NCBI GenBank assembly: GCA_023231475.1
Contig: JALJEE010003220.1
Span: 1-64,000, forward strand
Direction: 5' to 3'
Length of the DNA stretch: 64,000 nt
Source of the DNA: Seison nebaliae
Taxonomy: Eukaryota
A program made the position numbers and the translations under genes. The notes under the pieces are model-generated. The model saw only the letters and a list, made by a program, of their open reading frames with translations, had not been told where the DNA came from and ran no database searches. Positions 31,416 through 42,704 of the stretch are shown here, one piece after another (position 1 is the stretch's first letter; every line of letters starts with the position of its first letter).

Positions 31416-32109
31416 CAGTATGGAACATGGTGTCACAACGTTACGTAATGCAAGAATTGATGATTATTCTATTTCCTTCATTAATGAAATTTTTACCAAT
31501 TGATATGGTGTGGTAAAAGCGAATTCGAAACTTTCGGAGTTTTTCGAATAAATAAAGGAGTCGGACAAGGATCAGTTCTTGTTCCTTAGGTCCTTGGTAA
31601 AATCGTTGATGAAATTCTTATCGAAGCGAACCAGTTTTATTCGTTTAAAATTGGCTCTAACATATTTGTACATCAAGAGTATTCGTATATTCGGCAACTT
31701 CCTATTCAGAAAAGATGATAGACAACATAAGTTCATATTCAGTTACCGAAAGGTATTCCTAAGCAAGATTGACTCGATCCTGATAATTGTCTATTAGAAA
31801 CTTCAGAAGTTTATTCTTAAAAATGCCTCGAAATAAAGCTTGGATTTTTTTCCAGTTTAATAAGACATCGAACACTATTCAATACTCGTTATGTAATTAT
31901 AATTTGAAAAATTCGAATGTACATTTAATAATATTAATTGATAGGATTAAAACTAGTTCCAATTAGTATCGTAGAACTTACCGTTTTTCAAAGTTTAATT
32001 AAAAAAGATAATAGATTCATCAATACGCAATCAAGATCACCATGTGGCAGGTGAATTAAAAATGATTATGAGAAAAGTAATTTTTAAAAAATTAACACAA
32101 TAACTTTGT

Positions 32110-32350
32110 GAATTATTTGTTCCAGTCTTGGACCTTGGTTGTTTGGTCTCACTGTTGACCGGGTCATTCTTCAATTGAATTCATCATCAACATTAACCGT
32201 ATGCAAATTCCCCTAGCACTCGCATATGCTGACGACATTCTCATATTTACTACTTCTCCACGACAACTCATTCGATTTCTCGAATGAGCACAGACTCCCT
32301 TGGCGGAAGTTTCAATCAAGATTAATCGGGCAAAAGCTGTTGTCCTTTCA
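32110..32350 (+). mobile_element. LINE RT core fragment
   Basis: SLGPWLFG followed by LALAYADDILIFTTS...VSIKINRAK (YADD motif), with an in-frame stop. Confidence 0.75.
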
Positions 32351-32878
32351 ACAACAACACAATCTTGTTCCTTCTTTCTCTCCTCCTTTTTCTTTCGTTT
32401 CCCTCTTAATACGAATAAATAAATAAAATGCTTCGTTAGTTTTATATTATTATTATTATTATTAACAGTTTTCTGTTTAGAATGTATAATTTAGAACCTG
32501 CTAGTTTTAAAGAAACTCTTTTTTAAGGTAAAAGTTTGATTCTATTGGAAGAATGTTATATTATAATTTATTATATTATAGAACCAGTGAACGAAGAACG
32601 GTACGTAGTTAGAGTATAGTTATAAGGATAATTAGAAAGCCATAAAAGTGAAAATTCATGCGAATTAAATAAGGATGAAAATGTTTTGGATTAGAATTGT
32701 AGAGAATGGGAATGCACAATGTATAAGAAACCTTCTGAATCGTACACGTTAATGAAGATAAGCTTAAAATATATAAACATTCATTGAGTTAATTTGAATT
32801 GGAATGATTTGAAATGGGACTTCTAAAATGAAGCTTCCATTCAGATTTTGATGCTTCTTACTAATATTTCTTATTTGA

Positions 32879-33842
32879 ATGAATAATCGAACAATGAGTT
32901 AGTGACTTGGATAAATTTATAAAATTTCATGAAACTTTTAAAGAGAATGGGAAAACTAAAAGATTTTATTCGACTAAAATACGTCCTCCAGTATTCACTT
33001 TTGGAAGTGTGTCTCTCCTAACGATACCAGCGGCAGCATTCGGATTAGCCATATGGCAATATCAACGACGTGATTGGAAATTGAACTTGATTGCTGAACT
33101 GGAACAAAAGATGAGAACTAAACCAATCGATCTCCCAAAAAGGTATTAAAGATTCATTAATAATAATCAAATTATTCTTATTTCCAGTATTGACGAAGCA
33201 AATCGAGTTGAGTATCGTCGAGTTCGTTGTATTGGTAAATATGATCATAAAAATGAAGTTATAATAAGACCAAGAATTTTTATCGATTCATCCGATAGTT
33301 CTATGTCATCATTAGCATCTCTTTCATCATCATCTGTTATGGAGAATCAAACGATCGCTATGAAAAATAATAATGCCGGTGCTCATGTCATCACTCCATT
33401 CATATTGAACGACGGGTTATTTCCATATAATTTCGTCAATTCCACAAATTCACTTTCCTAATAATTTAGGAGGAAAATTCTGGTAAATCGCGGATTTGTC
33501 CCATCAAATAAAATTGATGTAACGACAAGAGGGAAAGGGCAAATAAAAGACGAAGTGACAGTTACGGGTGTTGTCCGTCTATCAGAGAGTGGGAATGCTT
33601 TCGCAATCGACAATAAACCAGAAAAGAATGAATGGCATCAACGTGACGTTATCGAATTGGCGACACATTTGCATACGGCGCCAGTGTTCGTTGATGCGGA
33701 TGAAACGACTACTGTCAGTGGTGGACCGGTAGGAGGTCAAACCAAATTAAATTTACGAAACGAACATTTATCTTACATTCTCACTTGGTTAGGCGTTGGC
33801 GTGTCAACATCCGTATTATGGTTTTTGAAATTCGTAAAATAA
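32879..33842 (+). CDS. surf1: SURF1, cytochrome c oxidase assembly factor; 4 exons, ~272 aa
   Basis: [55 protein letters not shown]. Introns 32898-32943, 33143-33187 and 33416-33469 keep the frame. The first exon and start codon are inferred. Confidence 0.93.
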
Positions 33843-34260
33843 TGAAAAAATTTGAAAAAAAATTTAATCTGAAGAAAACTGTTGGAAACCCAACGATATT
33901 TATTGGTGGAGAAACATTAAAAATGAAATTCGAATAATAAAATTATTTATAGATTTGGGAAAGCTTCCACTTCCATCAATTTGTCCGGACAAACTGAAGT
34001 TCATTAGAGAATTAGACAGATTGAATGAGATGGAGGAGAAAGAAAGAATGGGTAAGAAATGAATGAATTCTTAATTGATAAAGAGAAAGAAGCGACTACT
34101 AATAATCATTCTACTATTACTATGACTTGTATGTTTGTACAATTTACACATTCACCACGTCTTCCCAATCATCTATATATGAATATAAGTAGTGAATGAT
34201 GTTCAATCGCGTTGATATGTTTAATTACAGATTTGTATACATATCGACAGAAATATATTT
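33842..34260 (+). CDS. Putative alternative 5' coding exons (33842-33905, 33953-34051, 34231-34260) splicing into AMPK beta exon 3
   Basis: All junctions are GT-AG and phase 1, with no stops: [71 protein letters not shown]. Confidence 0.4.
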
Positions 34261-34294
34261 GTATGTGGATACACGCCCCTTGTAAAGAGAGAAA

Positions 34295-34296
<2 letters not shown>

Positions 34297-34325
<29 letters not shown>
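34297..34325. repeat. (GA)n microsatellite upstream of the AMPK beta start codon
   Basis: Run of gagagagaga, ~13 units. Confidence 0.9.
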
Positions 34326-34328
<3 letters not shown>

Positions 34329-34545
34329 TAGATTGTTCTTCTAATTTCTCACATGCTTCTTCATGTATTTCCTATGTCCATATGAAATTTCTTAGTCAAA
34401 TATAAATAAAGAAAAAATAAAAGTTTAATTTTCGTCCCCTATCCGAAATCGAATAATTTTGGAAGAAGAAATTTATTGAGGGGAGGGGGAAAAAGATTGA
34501 TAATATTTCTTCATCCTTCTTCATTATTTATAAAACAAAAGAGAA

Positions 34546-35754
34546 ATGGGTATCAATCAAAGTATTTCGAGAGTTTTTCTTTTCATTTCATGATAAGGAA
34601 CATGATAATGTTTCTTTTAGGCGATGATCAATCCGAATGATAATTCCAAATTATTGAGTAGGAAGAGCAGTGGTGGTATACCATTGATAGAGAATCGTGA
34701 TTGTTAGATGAATTAGATAAGAATACAATCAATTTGTTTATAGTTCCCAATTTACATGAATATGCTTATTATCCGCAAACTATTCCAGACGAATTGAATC
34801 AACGATCATTAACAACACCATTGATCGCCACTTATTTCTACGTAAGTCATGGGGCCGACGAAGTCTACATTTGTGGCAGTTGGTTCCAGAATAAGAAAGC
34901 GATCAAATTGCAGACAATTTCCGATTCGACTCCTAATCGACTTCATGGAATCTACTTATATTTGGAGCCGGGTTGTTACTCCTATCGTTATCGAACGGGT
35001 AATGGTGAGATGTTTTGTGATAAGGAGGTTGTTAGTAAGCATAATCATATATCGAATCATTTTCCAAATTCACTCAATTAAAAAAAGATTACTGATACAG
35101 ATGACAATGGAATTACGATGAATTTCATCAGTGTCGTCAAAACGGATGAAAATTACGAGGAAGCACTTGATTCCGATCAAAGAACAATTGCTGAAGGTAA
35201 CTAAATTTGTGATGATTGGTATGTTTTTGAATGTTTTCAGATGAACCCGTCACCAGCAGTTGTGACAGTTTCGAAGATGAAGACAATTATATGCAACTTA
35301 TTCCCGATCGATCACAATTGGAAGATTGGACGAAAGAGCGCAAAGGTCCCCCTCAAATTCCTCCTCAACTCAACAATGTTAGTACATTTTACAACGAATT
35401 ATCAATAATTATATAAATTATATCATCTCCATTATAATTACATGAAAATGTTCATCTAAATTAAAATTGAAATTTTTTTTAAAGATTATTTTGAATAACG
35501 ACATACCAAATGCGTGCGAACCGATGTTATTACAAGAACCGCATCATACGATGTTGAAACATTTGTGTGCATTATCTATTAAAGTTCTTTTTTTTTCTTT
35601 TATTTTAAATCAATTTTTAATAAATTTTCTTTAAAAAATCCATATGGAAAACTATATTCTATTCGATATTTGGAAGGATGGAGTTATGGTTTTGTCATCA
35701 ACTCACAGATTCAGGAAGAAGTTCATTACAACAGTTCTCTACAAACCACTTTGA
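34546..35754 (+). CDS. prkab: AMP-activated protein kinase beta subunit; 7 exons, ~271 aa
   Basis: MGINQS myristoylation-type start; CBM-like EVYICGSW...LEPGCYSYRY; C-terminus PPQIPPQL...CEPMLLQEPHHTMLKHLCALSIKDGVMVLSSTHRFRKKFITTVLYKPL. Introns 34573-34620, 34703-34743, 35028-35087, 35197-35240, 35378-35484, 35584-35676. Confidence 0.94.
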
Positions 35755-36110
35755 CATCTAATTAAGAAAATTATTACAATCCTCCTTACTCCAAACAACA
35801 CAACACTTCCAACTCAACATTGTCATCAATATCAACCATATCATGATGGAAAGATGAAAAAAAGAAGGAAAAAATGGAATAAATGATGACGATGGAAGTT
35901 TTACGATATTTTAAAATTTTGATAATTTTTCAATTACCAATTCTGTCAGAGATTTGTAAACCAATATTCATTTTTTTCTTTTATATTAAATCTTATTTAT
36001 TCTCATCTTCTCTCTAAAATCGTGTGTACGGGAAGAAAAACGGTTTCTAATAAATATTTTATTGGGAAACGATTGAAAGTTCTTATCGATAATTTTCTTC
36101 TTTTTCTCAC

Positions 36111-36878
36111 TCATTCATTCATTTCCGTCATCATGTTCATATTCTTCTCGACTAATCGAGTTAAATCACCTCTGCGTGCTAATGTAAAATGTTTCTTTCG
36201 AAATTTTCTTGTTTTTGTATTGGTTTGTGTAGTCTTGGGTGTAGGATAAGTGCGGAGAATTGGAATTAATCGTTTGTGATTCAGACGAATGGCTATATGG
36301 AGTGGAGTGGAATGGAGGTCGTCTCTTATTCCCACGAGTGCGCCGTGAGTCATGAGAATTCGAACTATACTCACATTATTCGCATGGACGGCAAAATGGA
36401 GTGGCGTTTGTCCACACATCGTTTGTAGATTAATATCGATTCCCTTCGTCAATAAATTATAGAGACAGGTTGTTGAATTTTTTAAGCAGCAAATATGCGC
36501 TAATGTTAATCCCAATGTCGTTCGTTGATGAATATTTCCTCCATATTTCACCAACAATTCCAACGCTTCTTTATTGTCGTTATGAACGGCATAAGAGAGT
36601 GCTGTCCATCCAAAAATGTCCATCCAATTCACCAGTAATCTCAGAGATGGTAACAAATAACGTAAACATTCAATCCGATTAGCCACGGTCGCTATAATCA
36701 ATAACGTGTAACCAGAAGAATCGAGCAATTTCAAATTTTTCACTTTCATCATCAGATCGATAACTTTCTCTTTTTCGTTATTAGCGACTGCTAAAAATAA
36801 ATCTCGACATTCTTCCAATGACATTATTAACGATCGAATTAAAAGACAATTCTCATACGTTTCATTGGAAAAACTCAA
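36111..36878 (-). CDS. Ankyrin-repeat protein (~5 repeats); first in-frame ATG at 36824
   Basis: GYTLLIIA, GWTALSYAV, GLTLAHIC, GQTPLHFAV and STPLHIAI at ~33-aa spacing. Confidence 0.88.
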   Translation of the reverse strand: MSFSNETYENCLLIRSLIMSLEECRDLFLAVANNEKEKVIDLMMKVKNLKLLDSSGYTLLIIATVANRIECLRYLLPSLRLLVNWMDIFGWTALSYAVHNDNKEALELLVKYGGNIHQRTTLGLTLAHICCLKNSTTCLYNLLTKGIDINLQTMCGQTPLHFAVHANNVSIVRILMTHGALVGIRDDLHSTPLHIAIRLNHKRLIPILRTYPTPKTTQTNTKTRKFRKKHFTLARRGDLTRLVEKNMNMMTEMNE

Positions 36879-37066
36879 AAGAATATCTACTAAATTAATT
36901 TAGTGAAAATTTAAATAACATGTGAAAAGTTGAAGAAAAGAGTTTTTTTTCTATTTTCAAAAGGAATCACATGTAAAATTTTCAAATCCGACAAAATAAT
37001 TAATGAGATGGCATAAAATTATTTGAAATACGAAAATTTTATTTAGACAAAAAACTATTCATCATT

Positions 37067-38502
37067 TTAATCCCACAATTTCTTTATCTCGTCCTCCGAT
37101 ATGTTTTCCTTAATTTCTGTAATTACACCAGTGCCCAACGTCTTCCCACCATCTCTCAACGTGAATCGTTGCCCTTCTTCGATAAACTGGAAAAAATAAT
37201 GAGAGAAATTATCAGAGTAAATGAAATAAATTGAAGAAAATTTTGAGGTAAAAATAAAAAAAAAATTTTGGAAATTATGAAAAATTTGAATTTTAAAATT
37301 TAATTAACCATTTTTTTGAAGAGAACTAATTCGATTGAAGTATCTTCTCCTGGCATCACCATTTTCTTACCTTCCGGCATTCTTACTTTCACAGGAATGT
37401 CCCAAGTTTTACTGAACATTTGTGGTTGGTAATTAGTAGTGAATGGACGATCTCGTCCACCTTCCTCTTTATTCAACACATAAATTTGTGACTTCACCAA
37501 ATTCTTTAATTCTCCACTTCCAAATTTGACAGCCATCAATCCACGACGAATATCGTCTCGTTTAATTCCTTTCAACAGAATTCCCAATTGATCGCCCGAC
37601 AACGCTTCCTCCACCGTCTGATGGAACATTTCCATTCCATTCACAGTCGTTTTCACTCGACGATTATATCCGAGAAGTTCAAGTTGTTCACCTTTCTTAC
37701 ATCGACCCCGTTCCACTCGACCTGTGACGACGGTGCCACGTCCTGGAATGGAATATGCATGTTCGATCGGTAACATGAACGGTTTATCGATATCACGTTC
37801 CGGTACTGGAATATGTTCATCGATAGTGTCTAATAATTGTTGAATTGATTCCCGTCCAATTTTGGCTGTTTCGTCGTTGAGTGCAGTGAGAGCTGATCCG
37901 GAAACAATTTTTAAATTATTCGAATCATATCCCATTTCATCAAAGAGATCTCGAATTTCCGTTTCAACCAATTCCAACATCTCTTCATCAGCTTCATCAA
38001 CTTTATTAATGAATACGACAAGATGTTTAATTCCGATTTGTTTTGCTAAAAGTAAATGTTCTCTCGTTTGAGGCATTGTTCCATCAGTTGCTGCCACCAC
38101 TAAAATAGCTCCATCCATTTGAGATGATCCTGTTATCATATTCTTTATATAATCAGCGTGACCAGGACAATCGATATGAGCATAATGTCTCTTCTCCGTC
38201 TCATATTCAACATGTGCCGCATTAATGGTAATTCCTCGTTTCTTCTCTTCTGGTGCATTGTCAATCTCATCATAATTCTTCATAGAAGCCAATTGTTTCT
38301 CTTGTAAAACTTTTGTAATTGCAGCTGTCAATGTCGTCTTCCCATGATCGACATGGCCAATAGTACCAATATTCAAATGTGGTTTCTCTCGTTTGAATAC
38401 TGCTTTCTGTTTGACACCGATCGCATAATTCCGATAGAAACTTTTCTCTATCAATTGATCTACTCGAGATAATGTCGAGACAAGTTTCCTGGCGTGCAGC
38501 AT
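37067..38502 (-). CDS. tufm: Mitochondrial elongation factor Tu; 2 exons, ~437 aa
   Basis: [33 protein letters not shown] and an N-terminal transit-like extension. Intron 37187-37308 adds the terminal exon [25 protein letters not shown]...KKLWD. Confidence 0.97.
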
Positions 38503-38859
38503 AATATTGCAATTACAATCCTTAAGTTTAATCAGCCAAAATATCAATTCAATTAATCATTTGAAAAATTAATTTTCTTTCTCGTTTCTTCTTTCATTAA
38601 CACAATTCCAATCATTCAAATTTCACTTCACTTCATTCGTATTTCAAGTTATTCCTCTAATTTATTAACAAACTTAACTTCAAAAATGTAACTACAAAAA
38701 CGTAACTTTACTATTGCCCAAATGCCAATGTGATAAACGATCAATTACTTCCACATTACACTCAAGTCCTTATCCGACTGTTAATCTGATAATTGTTAAA
38801 TTTTTAATTTTTATAACTTCCACTTTTTTAAGGTCCAATTTATGAAACTGGATGATTAA

Positions 38860-39330
38860 ATTGGGAAATACACAACAGATATCTCATTCGGTTCGGTCAA
38901 GTTAATTTCATTCGAAGATGAAACTTTTCGTCACGTTCTGTTGTGGGTTCTATGGACTTCAAGCGTCTTTTGGTATCTTTAATAAGTCCATGGACTCCTT
39001 GGATAAGGCTAATAACCGGTGCATTCGTATCTTACTGGGCCGTCCTAGACCGTTTTGCAGGGCTTTCATGTTTTCTATTGTGCAACTATCTCCCTTTCCG
39101 GTTATTATGCTTGATCGTTATCTCTCGCTGTCGGAAAATATATTGACCTCTCCGTTTCCCTTTCCGCAATGTGAGAAATTTAACACTCCTCTCCGTTTTA
39201 TCGTATCCATCATCTCTCTCTGATGCCAGGGGTATGCTACACAACTTCAAGTTGGATGAGTACATACCGGGTGCTCTTGTCTCTAGTATTTCACTTGGCC
39301 GTGAGCTAATCAACAATAATAATTTTGTCG
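38860..39330 (+). mobile_element. 3' fragment of a LINE ORF2
   Basis: KLFVTFCCGFYG...NNRCIRILLG resembles the LFxxFCxxFYG C-terminal region of LINE ORF2, and the LFKIFCC segment at ~1.75 kb. Confidence 0.6.
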
Positions 39331-39715
39331 GCCTAAAAAATTATTTTGGTGATCTTGTTAATCTTTTATAATTTATTTCTTTTTTTTTTCTTTTACCCAA
39401 ATTGGGATTGTACTTCAATAAATAATAATTTAGAGAATAATTTTTGTTGAACGAAAGAATTGTCCTATTAGGAATAGGTCCGTATGTAAATAAAATTTTA
39501 AGGCATAATACGGCAATTGAAATATAAGATAATTTAAGAGGAATTGACGAATTAAAATCGTTGAAATTAAAAAGCAAAGAGTCCAATTAAATTCTAGATA
39601 GATTTCACAAATTTGGCGCAAATTTCCCCAAATCCGACAGTTTCATTTTCCGTTGATATTTCTGTTCTCTATAAATAGAGACGAAGAATTTTCTTATTCT
39701 TCAGTTTATACACAA

Positions 39716-39902
39716 ATGGAAGGTTTTCATTTTTTATTCTTTACTAATATTTTTTTTTGATATAGTCTAACAGCTCTAAGGATCAATTCGACCGAAATTA
39801 GGCGGTCCACCGGATGGGGGTGGAGTGATTGGCCCTAAAGAAAAGAAAGGGCCTCACTCTGCTTCATTCGGTGTCGAAGGTTCGAATGGAGATGGAACCT
39901 AA
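39716..39902 (+). CDS. Candidate two-exon microprotein gene
   Basis: TATAAATA at 39670; ATGGAAG|GTTTT donor at 39723; TACTAAT branch-like motif; T tract; tandem acceptors at 39765, 39773 and 39780. The last gives a 42-aa G/P-rich ORF. Confidence 0.3.
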
Positions 39903-40452
39903 ATGGTCACGTCAATGATGTCCAACAACATTATACAAACGAATGACATGGATGTCATTGGAATTGTTAAAGATTCCTTTATTATTCGAGATCGTTTTTG
40001 GAGGATAACCAATATTCTTACTTACCAATAATAATTATAATTAACTAGTCAATATTCAATAACTTACTTAATAGTCTCATTATACTGTTCTTCTTTATTA
40101 AATTTTTCATGAATAAATATAAGACAATAAACTATAAAGATCAGATATTTATTCAATGTGAATAAATCTATTATAATATATTTGAATAATAAAAGATTCT
40201 ATATTATAATTATAAAGTTTAATTTTTAAGTAATTCAAAAAAAATTTAATGATTATTGTTCTAATTTTTAATGTATCATTGTATGGTGATTTTATAAGAT
40301 AATTTCAATGTGTCAAGGATAATGATGAAAATTCTTTTATTTAAGAACTCTAATTGAATATAGAAACTAATTTACATATTCCAGATTTAAAGGAAACAAT
40401 TCGTTCAAATTTAAGTTCACACAAAAATAGTTCGATTAGAATCGGAATATTC

Positions 40453-41622
40453 TTATTCTGTTTTACATTGACAATCCAGTTTCTTCGGACATCCTGGCGC
40501 CGGATTTTTTATCGAAATGATTACACCCTTAGTATTCTTCTCATTTGAACTATTTCGTGCTCTTTTCACAGGTTCCTGTTTTACGCTGTTCGATTGTTTC
40601 CGCGTTCTCTTGGAAGCAGTAACTTTCTCATTTCCACCGGGCTGGCTAGGAACTGTTCTTTTTTCCGTTTTCACCGTTGGAGTTCTCGATTTTTTCGACT
40701 CTGTTTTCCTACTTGTCGTTTGTTTTGCTTCGGATTTTGGTGTTCCACGAGATTTCTTCGTACTTTTCTTACCTGACTTTACTGCACTCTTACCATGTGC
40801 ACTCTTTGTACGTGTCTTTTGAGTAATCTTGCTACTTACTTTCGAAGCACTTTTACTGCGCGCACTTTTATTACGTCCTTTTGTAGCGCTCTTACTGGCA
40901 CTCTTTGGGGTAGTCTTACTCCGACTCTTTGGGGTAGCCTTACTCCGACTCTTTGGGGTAGTCTTACTCCGACTCCTTGGGGTAGTCTTACTCCGACTCT
41001 TTGGGGTAGTCTTACTCCGACTCTTTGGGGTAGTCTTACTTCGACTCTTTGGGGTAGTCTTACTTCGACTCTTTGGTCTACTGCGACCACGACTTTTCGA
41101 TGCACTCTTACCACTCGATTTAGATTTCTTAGCGGATAGTTTCGATTTGGATTTAGATCGTCCTCTTTTTGAAACACGTTTCCCTGATTTCTTTGCGGTT
41201 GACTTACTTCTTGTTCGAGGATTGGATGATTTAGCTCGTCGAGATGAAGGCGTTTTCTTACTTCTTTTGGCCGATTCAGACTTGCTTCTTCTGGCGAAGA
41301 TGTCTGTATTCTTTGGTAAGTCTTCGATTGCCTTTTCGCAAATCGACCTATAATCTGACCTCATTCCAATATCTTTTTCTAGAAAACCTGAGAGATTCGG
41401 AGTTGCCTTAGACTTAGCTACCATCCCCTTAATATCTTTGACATTATTCTTCTTGAGCCTATTGTTGTATTCCTTTCCTATGCCAGGAGTGTTTCGATTC
41501 GACCACATCTTTCCCGGTTTTCCTTTGACAAGTCGGTTCTGCCATTTCTTAAACTTTTTACTATTAATTAACCGGAGTTTATTCTTCGACTTTTTTACCT
41601 GCCCATTATTTTTCGGCGCCAT
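40453..41622 (-). CDS. Intronless Lys/Arg/Ser-rich basic protein, protamine-like/H1-tail-like, 389 aa
   Basis: ATG-initiated ORF, extremely basic, with seven SRSKTTPK-type units; TATAAAA ~90 bp upstream. Confidence 0.8.
   Translation of the reverse strand: MAPKNNGQVKKSKNKLRLINSKKFKKWQNRLVKGKPGKMWSNRNTPGIGKEYNNRLKKNNVKDIKGMVAKSKATPNLSGFLEKDIGMRSDYRSICEKAIEDLPKNTDIFARRSKSESAKRSKKTPSSRRAKSSNPRTRSKSTAKKSGKRVSKRGRSKSKSKLSAKKSKSSGKSASKSRGRSRPKSRSKTTPKSRSKTTPKSRSKTTPKSRSKTTPRSRSKTTPKSRSKATPKSRSKTTPKSASKSATKGRNKSARSKSASKVSSKITQKTRTKSAHGKSAVKSGKKSTKKSRGTPKSEAKQTTSRKTESKKSRTPTVKTEKRTVPSQPGGNEKVTASKRTRKQSNSVKQEPVKRARNSSNEKNTKGVIISIKNPAPGCPKKLDCQCKTE
40901..41077. repeat. Coding minisatellite, 7+ copies of a 24-bp unit
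   Basis: Unit ctctttggggtagtcttactccga with few substitutions. Confidence 0.95.
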
Positions 41623-41704
41623 AATTGACGATTAGACAAGTTATATGACAAATGAACAAAAAAAGAAAAAGAAAATATTAATTATGAGTTGACTACTACA
41701 TTCG

Positions 41705-41712
41705 TTTTTATA
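41705..41712 (-). promoter_or_regulatory. Putative TATA box of the basic-protein gene
   Basis: Minus strand reads gtcTATAAAAAcg ~90 bp upstream of the ATG. Confidence 0.45.
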
Positions 41713-42539
41713 GACGAAAATGGTTGAATTGAATCGAAAAGTCAAAAATCGAAGATTTCAAATTAAACTCTTTATTGACCCATATCACTTTTTCACACCA
41801 AACATTTTACCATTTTTTGTCGGTTATGAAATGAATGTTCAACTCTTGAATAACTCTGTGTTTTCAACTGAATAATCTCAACGAAGGTTTGTCCTCATTA
41901 ATTACATGTTTCTTCAATTAATGTATTATCTATCTCTACTATAAGTCAGCAAGTTCCATCATTCAGTTGTAAAATTAAATAAACTTATCTACTTACATGT
42001 GTTTATCTACATATAAATAATACATACATCTAACTTGGATGTTAATTATAATCCCTATAACCTGCAGCAAGTAAATCGAGATTCTGTTAGAGTTACTTCT
42101 GTACTCCAACAATTCCGGCGGTTAGTCGGTATTTCCATAGTTCTCGGTTTCTTTTTTGAATTTTAATATTTCTTTCGTTCCACTTACTTCCATCTTTTCT
42201 AGATAATAAGCAACTTTGAAAAGTGAGTTTTTTATATTCCCGACTCAATGATAAATTATTTGGACTGCTGTTTGTTTTATTGAAATTCTCATCATCGAAC
42301 ATCAATTCTTCTCACCGTTTTGTGACGAATATATCAGGATCGATACTATTGTCATTCATAACACATTTCGTACATTTAATGGCGCGAAGTGTACATTTCT
42401 TTCAGTGCACTCGTGTCTTATTGTTAATTGTTAATGTATATGTAACGGATCTCTAATTTGCTATTTGAAGAAAGTTATGAGCATTTAAAAAATATCGAAT
42501 TTTGTCTAAAGCTAAAGAGCATGTTAAAGAGAGGAATCG

Positions 42540-42704
42540 ATTCCGATTCATGAGAGGACTCGAGCCAAAGCATGAGTCTGGCTAATAGCTTGGCTCGAGC
42601 CTTGTATGTATAGGACTCTTATCATGTCTGGATTTTTTTTTTCCATAATGTATAGAGGACTCGAGTCTTATCACTTTGGACTCACGGATCATAATCACAG
42701 CACT
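42540..42704. mobile_element. Possible terminal fragment of a MITE or hAT-like element
   Basis: Clustered palindromic GACTCGAG/CTCGAGCC units ending in cacagcacta. No partner end or TSD found. Confidence 0.3.

Noticed and set aside
31500..31800. Possible gag-like remnant on the minus strand
   Set aside because: Multiple stops and no diagnostic motif; cannot be supported.
37067..38502. EF-Tu as bacterial contamination/HGT, or with a nematode-type long C-terminal extension
   Set aside because: It has a host-type intron, a transit-like N-terminus and only a short C-terminal tail, as in ordinary mitochondrial EF-Tu.
39879..39887. GGTTCGAAT B-box suggesting a tRNA
   Set aside because: The flanks do not form a T-stem or cloverleaf.
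40517..41353. Several antisense or alternative-frame ORFs (LLRLFGVV, LWGSLTPT, PQRVGVRL repeats)
   Set aside because: By-products of the stop-free 24-bp repeat in the basic-protein gene.
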